A stretch of 38,278 bases of DNA from an uncultured Planctomycetales bacterium (lineage in GTDB: Bacteria > Omnitrophota > Gorgyraeia > Zapsychrales > Fredricksoniimonadaceae). How positions within the stretch are numbered: the first letter of the stretch is position 1; each line of letters opens with the position of its first letter. The notes beneath the pieces were generated by a model. It was not told the origin of the DNA and searched no databases. It was given only the letters and a program-made list of their open reading frames with translations. The DNA is taken from NCBI GenBank assembly GCA_964483535.1, contig CAZABZ010000001.1, positions 80,284 through 118,561 on the forward strand, written 5' to 3'. Made by a program: the position numbers and the translations under genes. This document shows positions 8,869-14,844 of the stretch, piece by piece.

Positions 8869-9327
8869 TTAACACCTCCCGTTGGCACATTCCGGCTGCA
8901 ATTGAGTACTTCTCGAATTAATTTGAGTCGCCTCATTATTGGCACATTCCGGCTGCAATTGAGTACTTCTCGAATTAATTTGAGTCGCCTCATTAGAAGA
9001 CCTGGTATAAATGGCCCCAAGGACCTGCGCGTTGCCCGTTGTTGCCCCTGTAGTGTCTTGTTGATTCTTCTGAACACCCGCAGCCATTATCGAATAATAC
9101 GGCTCGTACTCATAAGGGATTTGATTACCCGCGGCTCCAGTGGCTTTCAAGCAATTAGCGTCACATGCGCCGCTATTGACCACTGAATTAATCATAAAAT
9201 TCCTCGCGTCATGAATACGCGCCTCAAGGCCGCGCTGTACAAAAGTGGTCATGGCTACCAGCGCCGCGATCACTACAAAAAAAATCATCACATACTCTGA
9301 CAGGATTGCCTGGCCTTTATTATTCAT
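8869..9327 (-). CDS. Flp-type prepilin P6 (type C, 152 aa) with a duplicated 19-aa C-terminal unit
   Basis: NNKG/QAILSEYVMIFFVVIAALVA, then QRGLEARIHDA and a YEYEPYY motif shared with P3. The C-terminus carries NEATQINSRSTQLQPECAN twice. Confidence 0.8.
   Translation of the reverse strand: MNNKGQAILSEYVMIFFVVIAALVAMTTFVQRGLEARIHDARNFMINSVVNSGACDANCLKATGAAGNQIPYEYEPYYSIMAAGVQKNQQDTTGATTGNAQVLGAIYTRSSNEATQINSRSTQLQPECANNEATQINSRSTQLQPECANGRC
8882..8995. repeat. Perfect 57-bp tandem duplication (8882..8938 and 8939..8995), in frame within pilin P6
   Basis: The two copies are identical base for base when read from the sequence. The period is 57 bp, equal to 19 codons. Confidence 0.95.
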
Positions 9328-9339
9328 GCCTCGCCTCGA

Positions 9340-9386
9340 GTGTCATTGCGAGGAACCGTAGGCGACAGCGTTCCTCGCAATGACAC
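9340..9386. repeat. Perfect 17-bp-stem palindrome GTGTCATTGCGAGGAAC-(13 nt)-GTTCCTCGCAATGACAC in the P5-P6 spacer
   Basis: Read directly from the sequence. This is the only long intergenic gap (73 nt) in the pilin array. No U-tract follows on the transcribed strand. Confidence 0.9.
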
Positions 9387-9400
9387 AATAAGTGTTCCTT

Positions 9401-9607
9401 CTAACTCGCCGGAGTACCTGTGCTCGCCGCGTTATCTTGCAAGTATGAGGCCACGTTGAGCATGTCCTGTGTCGTCGAATTAAACACATTAGTCAGGCGC
9501 GTCTGAAAAAGGCTGCCTTTGCCCAGCGTAAACAAGATAATTACCGCAACGACCGCCGTGACGAGCAAAATATACTCCACTGTGCTTTGACCTTTATGTG
9601 TGCACAT
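9401..9607 (-). CDS. Flp-type prepilin P5 (type A, 68 aa)
   Basis: THKG/QSTVEYILLVTAVVAVIILF. The N-terminus is nearly identical to that of P2. Confidence 0.85.
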   Translation of the reverse strand: MCTHKGQSTVEYILLVTAVVAVIILFTLGKGSLFQTRLTNVFNSTTQDMLNVASYLQDNAASTGTPAS

Positions 9608-9625
9608 GCGTTTGTCCTTTACTCA

Positions 9626-9958
9626 TTACGTGGCGTTAGATCCCCAATACTCCTGCTGAGTATTGATGATAACTGAATTCTCCATGGTATTGGTAACTTC
9701 AGTGCCCAGTATATTGGATGTAGACACCCCCGCGTTAAACGTCTCCAAAGTATTACTGGACCTGTTAATTGTCTTAACTGCATTTGTATTACCATCGGAA
9801 TACTGATCGCCGATATCGTCCGCGGCGCTTTTCAAACGTCCCTGCACCCCGCGTTTGATATAGACCTGAAGGGTCAATAGGGCGCCGATAATGACAACTA
9901 TCAACACCGCGTATTCCAAGGTGCTTTGCCCTCGTCTTTGATTAAGATATTGCAACAT
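9626..9958 (-). CDS. Flp-type prepilin P4 (type B, 110 aa)
   Basis: QRRG/QSTLEYAVLIVVIIGALL, then YIKRGVQGRLKSAADDIGDQY. AAGGAGGG SD upstream. Confidence 0.85.
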   Translation of the reverse strand: MLQYLNQRRGQSTLEYAVLIVVIIGALLTLQVYIKRGVQGRLKSAADDIGDQYSDGNTNAVKTINRSSNTLETFNAGVSTSNILGTEVTNTMENSVIINTQQEYWGSNAT

Positions 9959-9988
9959 AGGATCCCTCCTTAGAATATTTCGTTATAA

Positions 9989-10351
9989 TCATTGTGTTTG
10001 GTTCATGTCACTAGCGTTATAGGTGGATACCTGAGAACCGGTTCTTGCGCGGTTGCTATCAGAATCTGCACCTACCAACCCTGCCCCTAAACGTTTATTT
10101 TCAGTGCTGTTGGTGGCCACATCATAATTACTCTGCATATAATAAGGCTCATACTGAGTTGAGTTTCCCAAGCCTATTGTAGAGTTGCTGCCAGTAGTGG
10201 CCATATACTGTGCTGCGTCGTGGATACGGGCTTGCAACGCGCGTTGGGCGTAGGTCTGCATGGCAATGACCCCGGCAATCACCAAGGCGATCAAAAGCGC
10301 GTATTCCGCGGTATTTTGAGCTTTTCTGTTTTTAAGGAAGTTTCTTAACAT
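9989..10351 (-). CDS. Flp-type prepilin P3 (type C, 120 aa), Ala at the predicted -1 position
   Basis: NRKA/QNTAEYALLIALVIAGVIA, then QRALQARIHDAA and a YEPYY motif. AGGAGG SD upstream. Confidence 0.8.
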   Translation of the reverse strand: MLRNFLKNRKAQNTAEYALLIALVIAGVIAMQTYAQRALQARIHDAAQYMATTGSNSTIGLGNSTQYEPYYMQSNYDVATNSTENKRLGAGLVGADSDSNRARTGSQVSTYNASDMNQTQ

Positions 10352-10397
10352 GTGTTCCTCCTATATGGATTCATAAAAGTTATCTTTTTAGCCAACC

Positions 10398-10646
10398 TTA
10401 TTTTGGCAAAACAGAGACCGAATACGGAGGCGTAGCATTCCCGCCGCCGGAGGATCCCTGCTCCGAGGCAGCTAATCTATCAGACATATTGCCCACCTGT
10501 TCAATGGCTGAGTTCAATGTCGAATTAAGCTGCGACTGTAACCCACTCTTGTTGGAAGTTACCATGGCGATGATAACTGCCACCACCGCGGTCACAAGCA
10601 AAACATACTCCACCGTGCTTTGACCTCTTTTATTTTTTATATGCAT
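10398..10646 (-). CDS. Flp-type prepilin P2 (type A, 82 aa)
   Basis: NKRG/QSTVEYVLLVTAVVAVIIAMV. GAGGAGG SD upstream. Confidence 0.85.
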   Translation of the reverse strand: MHIKNKRGQSTVEYVLLVTAVVAVIIAMVTSNKSGLQSQLNSTLNSAIEQVGNMSDRLAASEQGSSGGGNATPPYSVSVLPK

Positions 10647-10673
10647 AAATTCCTCCTCAAGTACGAGGTTTTT

Positions 10674-10829
10674 TTAATTTTCAGAATCCTCAGTAATCAT
10701 CTTCTGTTGTGCTTGAACGGAACGGAACACGTAGGTGCTCAAAGCAGCCACCGCTGCTGAGATTAAGGCAACGACGATCGCGTATTCGATGAGATTTTGC
10801 GCGTTTCTATTTTTTAATTTTTGGATCAT
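10674..10829 (-). CDS. flp: Short canonical Flp pilin P1 (51 aa), absent from the supplied ORF track
   Basis: Hand translation of the minus strand gives MIQKLKNRNAQNLIEYAIVVALISAAVAALSTYVFRSVQAQQKMITEDSEN, ending in TAA. It has a basic leader, a QxxxEY motif and a hydrophobic helix, and is the first gene of the array. A purine-rich stretch AAGGTGAAGGG lies just upstream of the ATG. Confidence 0.7.
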   Translation of the reverse strand: MIQKLKNRNAQNLIEYAIVVALISAAVAALSTYVFRSVQAQQKMITEDSEN

Positions 10830-10980
10830 CGCCCTTCACCTTACATGCCAGAAGATTAATTAGACCCTTCCCCCTTTAAAAAACAGGAGCGAGGAACTCT
10901 ACAAATAACGTAGAGGGGTCTTCCATTTATGTAAAAGCCCCATAAGGGACTGTTGATACAATTTATTAAACCCTAAAGAA

Positions 10981-11009
10981 AGTATGCCATATATAATAAT
11001 AGTTGTCAA
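10981..11009 (-). promoter_or_regulatory. Candidate sigma70-type promoter for the pilin array (TTGACA-17 nt-CATACT)
   Basis: Hexamers read on the minus strand. The -10 is weak (4 of 6). It would give a leader of about 150 nt. Not validated. Confidence 0.3.
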
Positions 11010-11048
11010 CCTCAACAAGCCAAGAATGATGCCCCCCAATTCCTCCCA

Positions 11049-12101
11049 TTAAAGGAGAGGAATTGCTTCAATTTTAACATTTACTAATCTATCCTGTCCG
11101 TCACGTAAATACATCCCATTTAATTTTTCAGCCGCCGCTTGAAGTATGATTTTATTCTCATAACTATTATTAATTAATAACGTTACAACATTTTCGTATT
11201 TATTTGTAGTATCAAATCCCTTTAGATTTAACATATTATCTATAACCCCATTATTATCAATTAGTTGTGGGAAGAATATCGCTTTTAGCCTTTCCTTGGG
11301 ATTTTTTTCACTGCTCTCCACAAATACCCTCCTTTGTAACATAAATCTCCTCTTCGACTCCACTATATTGCTTAATTCTAACAAAATATGGTCTTCTCCA
11401 TCCACTATTGCAATAGAGCCGATTTTAAAACCTTCTTGAGCTTCCATACATGCTTTAAAAAGCCCTTCATCTGAAACTTTATCTACAATGAGAGGTTTTA
11501 CATTATTAATCAACCCGTCTGCCGCTTCCCGAATACACCTCTCCAAAGGTAACGGCAAATCAATGAAAAAACTTTTGTTGTTTTCTAAAACTACTTTAAT
11601 GCCCTTGCTATAGGTCAAATAATAATTCCAATCCGTTGCTTTAATATTCTCCTCTGAGAATATACCTAAATCCCAAAGCGCTGCCTTATAAAAAATGCTC
11701 CCCGCTCTTTCATGCTCAGGCGAAATCTGCACGTCTTCCTTACCCTCATCATCGTAAAGTTTTTTAGTGTCATTGCGAGCGACCACAGGAAGCGTGGCAA
11801 TCTCTTTAGAAAATTGCTTGTCCTCCAATAAAGGGGGGATTAACTTAACCTGGGAAAGACTGGCCTGGATCTGGTTCTTTTTTTCTTGAGGGATTTCGAA
11901 CTTGTTTTTGGGTTTGCGCCCTCGAGGCGTTGTGATGCCTGATTCCTTAAGTACGTCATTGACCGATGATTTAGAAAGATTCAGGCCAAATTTTTGGGAT
12001 GCGGATTCAGCCAATTGTCGGCAGGAAGCAAGCGGGTTACTTTGCCTTTGGCTGATAATAAAATGGACAACTTCTTCCTTTAATTTATATATGACACCCA
12101 T
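11049..12101 (-). CDS. Hypothetical protein with an N-terminal helix-turn-helix; candidate regulator directly upstream of the pilin array
   Basis: Residues about 8-60 (EEVVHFIISQRQSNPLASCRQLAESASQKFGLNLSKSSVNDVLKESGI) resemble transposase- or regulator-type HTH modules. The remaining 290 aa or so are unrecognised. A repeat-element arm is embedded at 11767..11804. Confidence 0.5.
   Translation of the reverse strand: MGVIYKLKEEVVHFIISQRQSNPLASCRQLAESASQKFGLNLSKSSVNDVLKESGITTPRGRKPKNKFEIPQEKKNQIQASLSQVKLIPPLLEDKQFSKEIATLPVVARNDTKKLYDDEGKEDVQISPEHERAGSIFYKAALWDLGIFSEENIKATDWNYYLTYSKGIKVVLENNKSFFIDLPLPLERCIREAADGLINNVKPLIVDKVSDEGLFKACMEAQEGFKIGSIAIVDGEDHILLELSNIVESKRRFMLQRRVFVESSEKNPKERLKAIFFPQLIDNNGVIDNMLNLKGFDTTNKYENVVTLLINNSYENKIILQAAAEKLNGMYLRDGQDRLVNVKIEAIPLL
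11767..11804. repeat. Single arm of the GTGTCATTGCGAG-type repeat family, embedded in frame in the HTH gene
   Basis: GTGTCATTGCGAG (13 nt) is identical to 9340..9352. The element continues as CGACCACAGGAAGCGTGGCAATCTC and encodes EIATLPVVARNDT in the linker after the HTH. Confidence 0.6.
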
Positions 12102-12152
12102 AAAATGTCCAGTTTGGACATTTTATTATAGCATTGCGCTAATTTGCGTCAA
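12102..12152 (-). promoter_or_regulatory. Promoter TTGACG-16 nt-TATAAT, with a perfect palindrome AAAATGTCCA-nnn-TGGACATTTT (12102..12124) filling the space between the -10 and the ATG of the HTH gene
   Basis: -35 at 12152..12147 and -10 at 12130..12125. The 10-bp-arm inverted repeat ends flush against start codon 12101. This is a typical autoregulatory operator layout. Confidence 0.55.
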
Positions 12153-12183
12153 TAGAATGGATGTTAAAAGAGGTTATTTACTA

Positions 12184-12211
12184 TTGCATTAAAATTCTTT
12201 TAATCTAAAAT
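12184..12211 (+). promoter_or_regulatory. Candidate promoter TTGCAT-16 nt-TAAAAT for the divergent membrane-protein gene
   Basis: Hexamers read on the plus strand, 37 nt upstream of ATG 12248. Confidence 0.35.
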
Positions 12212-12247
12212 AATTTTATCAATACTTATTAATGACCATATTTTGTC

Positions 12248-12859
12248 ATGTCCATTAAATTTAACCAAAACGCCGTTAGCAGCATGTCTTCTATCATAAG
12301 CTCAATTGAGAATGACCGTTATGTCTATCACTGGTTTTTAATCCTCATCAGTCTTCCTGAAATTCAGCAAAAAATCTGCGTGCAAAATAAAAAAAAGGAA
12401 GAATATCAGTCCCTCAAGAAAATCCAGATAGCTAAAATCATCATCTATGTGGCCTTGGCCCTAACTATAACCGCTTTCTGCCTGACAAAACAATTTTGGA
12501 TTCTTCTCTTAGGAATTCTCCCTTTAGTCATTCTTGTAAATTTATTCCGAAAGAATCGCAGGCGTGTTGCGGCTATCAGCGAACAATTTCTTTTAGAAAA
12601 CATCCAACCGGATGAGCTTAACCGGCAAACTCTTTATCAAACCTGTGAGCATCTCTCCAAAAAATACAATATCCCTTCCCTGGTTGATATCATCACCTGT
12701 CAGGACTTTATCGGGCGAAAAGTGCTGCTGGGGGCCATTCTCATTCTTATTTTTCTTTTCCCAATTAATGATTGGAAGATATTGATTGTAGTCTTCGTGG
12801 TATTATCAGCAACCGTTGCTATTCTCAATACCTCAATCATACTGCGAAAATTAAAATAA
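12248..12859 (+). CDS. Hypothetical membrane protein (203 aa)
   Basis: Contains hydrophobic blocks (IIIYVALALTITAFCL, FWILLLGILPLVILV, LLGAILILIFLF, ILIVVFVVLSATVAIL). No recognisable family. Convergent with the radical SAM gene across a 3-nt gap. Confidence 0.5.
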   Translation: MSIKFNQNAVSSMSSIISSIENDRYVYHWFLILISLPEIQQKICVQNKKKEEYQSLKKIQIAKIIIYVALALTITAFCLTKQFWILLLGILPLVILVNLFRKNRRRVAAISEQFLLENIQPDELNRQTLYQTCEHLSKKYNIPSLVDIITCQDFIGRKVLLGAILILIFLFPINDWKILIVVFVVLSATVAILNTSIILRKLK

Positions 12860-12862
12860 TCA

Positions 12863-14779
12863 CTAATGATGGGCAAATATAAAAAACCCTCCCAAGTCAA
12901 TAAAACTAATTGCCAACAACACAAGCCCAAGGGAAGACGTTGTCATTAAAAAAAAGATGTTGATCAAAGGGAAAAAGAGGGATACCAGCGTGGAATTCAT
13001 TTTCGAATGACGTACAACAAAATTATGGCAGTTATAATTTCGCCAATTCAGGTTCATAATCCGATTTTGGGTCAGCATGTCCCGATACAACCCTGAACCC
13101 GGCAATGGTGTCAATATGGAAACAGCTGTCGTGTACGGCATAACAGAAAAACAAAATTTCCAAAGCTGGAACAAAGTCTTTAAATTGTCTGAATCAAAAC
13201 CGAAAATAAAATGCCCTTTGATTTTGATCCCTGTATTCTTGACGATTTTAGTATATTCAATATACTTTTGAGCCATCGCTAATTTACCACCCTGATTTTT
13301 TTCCAGTGATTCGCCAAAGATCTCATACCCAAACGCCAATCCGGCACAGCCGCTTTCCCGGGCCAGCTTAAGGGCTTCCTGGTTTTGGGCAATATCAATC
13401 GTACATTCGCTGTGCCATTTAATTTTTAATGGTTTAAGGGCAGCAAAAAGCTCTTTAGCATAACCTGGGTCGGAATAAATGTTATTGTCAATAAATGTAA
13501 CGTCACGATAATAAGGTTTGACCTTTTTAATGAGTTCAACAAAAGAATTAATGGGCTGAAGATGCGCATGCCCATCGTTTAAGGCCGGAATCGTACAAAA
13601 ATGGCATCGAAACTTACACCCACGCATTGTTTCCAAGAATTCTTTAACAATATACGGCGGAGAGTTTAAAAGTTCTTCGTGGACTTTGGAATAATCAGCC
13701 TCAGTCGCAGCCCCCTTATATTGTGATTTAAGTTCCCCATTTTCATAATCACGGATCACTTCCTCCCAAACACCTTCCGCTTGACCGATAACAACGCTAT
13801 CGCAAAACGCTAAAGCTTCATACGGCAAATACGTCACATGGGGACCTCCCATGACCACTTTCGAACCTCTCTTTTTAAACTCTTTAGCAAGTTTGTAAGC
13901 CTCATAGCAGTTAGAAGTAAAACAAGTGATGCAAACAAGGGCATTATTTTTATAATAACGTTCGTGCCAGATGACCTGATCGAATTCACGGAATTTATAA
14001 GTTTTTGGTGACAAAGCTTTCAAGACCACAAAAAAAGGAGGATAGCCGCGCACAAGCCAAAACGCTAAACTATTTAAAACTCCGGCTATCGCTGGCCTAA
14101 TAAGAAAGATCTCTTTTTGACAGCTAAACTTCTCATTAATCTCAGGATAAGCGTCAAGAATATACAAAGAACAAAAAATAAATTCGAAAACATGGATATA
14201 ATTAAGAATAAACGCTGATATGTTTCGCCAATAAAAATTCCCCATATAAATAAAATCTGAAACCCTTGCCAAAATTAATTCCAAAAGACAGGCTGAAATC
14301 ATCACCATTAAAAAACTTAATTTAAACCTAAACCTGCGGTGAGGGACCCCTAACGGACCAATGTATTTTTTATTTATTGTCCATTGAGCCAACACATAGG
14401 CCGTGATAATTCCCAACAGACTAAAATATAAATTCCTCCATATGTGAAACGAAGCAAACAGGACATTCAAAGAAAGATCAACGAGACGTATCATTATAAA
14501 AACAATCAAAAATCCTTGCCAGAGAGCCCTGGCATTCTGACGAACCCGTCGAAATTGAAGCACAAATTCTTCCCCGCTCAAAATCTCAAGGATGCAGCCG
14601 CTGATTCCGCTCATGCAATATATTTTTAGAACGCCAGTAATTAATAAAATAATAATAAAATTAAATCTTAATAAAAATGATAAATTTAATAGGTCAATCA
14701 AGGTAAGGATAAAAATAGGGATAAGTAAAGAATTGAGGATGGACAGCGCTTGATGAAAATTTTGACGTTGGTTTTTCAT
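12863..14779 (-). CDS. B12-binding-domain radical SAM protein fused to an N-terminal polytopic membrane domain, with a C-terminal TM segment
   Basis: CKFRCHFC is a CxxxCxxC radical SAM cluster motif. It is preceded by a cobalamin-binding-type Rossmann segment (ALVCITCFTSNCYEAYKLAKEFKKRGSKVVMGGPHVT...VVIGQAEG). About 230 N-terminal residues form multiple hydrophobic helices. Confidence 0.75.
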   Translation of the reverse strand: MKNQRQNFHQALSILNSLLIPIFILTLIDLLNLSFLLRFNFIIILLITGVLKIYCMSGISGCILEILSGEEFVLQFRRVRQNARALWQGFLIVFIMIRLVDLSLNVLFASFHIWRNLYFSLLGIITAYVLAQWTINKKYIGPLGVPHRRFRFKLSFLMVMISACLLELILARVSDFIYMGNFYWRNISAFILNYIHVFEFIFCSLYILDAYPEINEKFSCQKEIFLIRPAIAGVLNSLAFWLVRGYPPFFVVLKALSPKTYKFREFDQVIWHERYYKNNALVCITCFTSNCYEAYKLAKEFKKRGSKVVMGGPHVTYLPYEALAFCDSVVIGQAEGVWEEVIRDYENGELKSQYKGAATEADYSKVHEELLNSPPYIVKEFLETMRGCKFRCHFCTIPALNDGHAHLQPINSFVELIKKVKPYYRDVTFIDNNIYSDPGYAKELFAALKPLKIKWHSECTIDIAQNQEALKLARESGCAGLAFGYEIFGESLEKNQGGKLAMAQKYIEYTKIVKNTGIKIKGHFIFGFDSDNLKTLFQLWKFCFSVMPYTTAVSILTPLPGSGLYRDMLTQNRIMNLNWRNYNCHNFVVRHSKMNSTLVSLFFPLINIFFLMTTSSLGLVLLAISFIDLGGFFIFAHH

Positions 14780-14796
14780 GTCACTTTGATAAATCT

Positions 14797-14824
14797 ATTA
14801 TAACGCTCGTCTTAGAACAATCAA
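14797..14824 (-). promoter_or_regulatory. Candidate promoter TTGATT-16 nt-TATAAT upstream of the radical SAM gene
   Basis: A perfect -10 hexamer on the minus strand lies 17 nt upstream of ATG 14779. No SD is visible in the short leader. Confidence 0.4.
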
Positions 14825-14844
14825 TGATCTTGCTTGTCCGCCGA

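Noticed and set aside
8882-8995. Possible CRISPR array or other regularly spaced repeat
   Set aside because: There are only two directly abutting copies with no spacers, in frame inside a coding sequence. No cas genes or repeat-spacer structure occur anywhere in the window.
8868-9077. 70-aa N-terminal extension of ORF 8508..9077, containing a duplicated RRLKLIREVLNCSRNVP peptide
   Set aside because: It is the 57-bp tandem repeat of pilin P6 read in another frame. A strong SD and a perfect prepilin N-terminus occur at the internal ATG 8867, so the extension is not coding.
11049-12101. Possible IS element or transposase, suggested by the transposase-like N-terminal HTH
   Set aside because: No DDE, serine or tyrosine recombinase motifs were recognised in the remaining 290 aa. 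No terminal inverted repeats or target-site duplications flank the gene. The flanking palindrome looks like an operator rather than an IS end.
12700-12930. 76-aa minus-strand ORF bridging the convergent gene ends
   Set aside because: It overlaps the 3' ends of both better-supported genes and has no motif or SD support.
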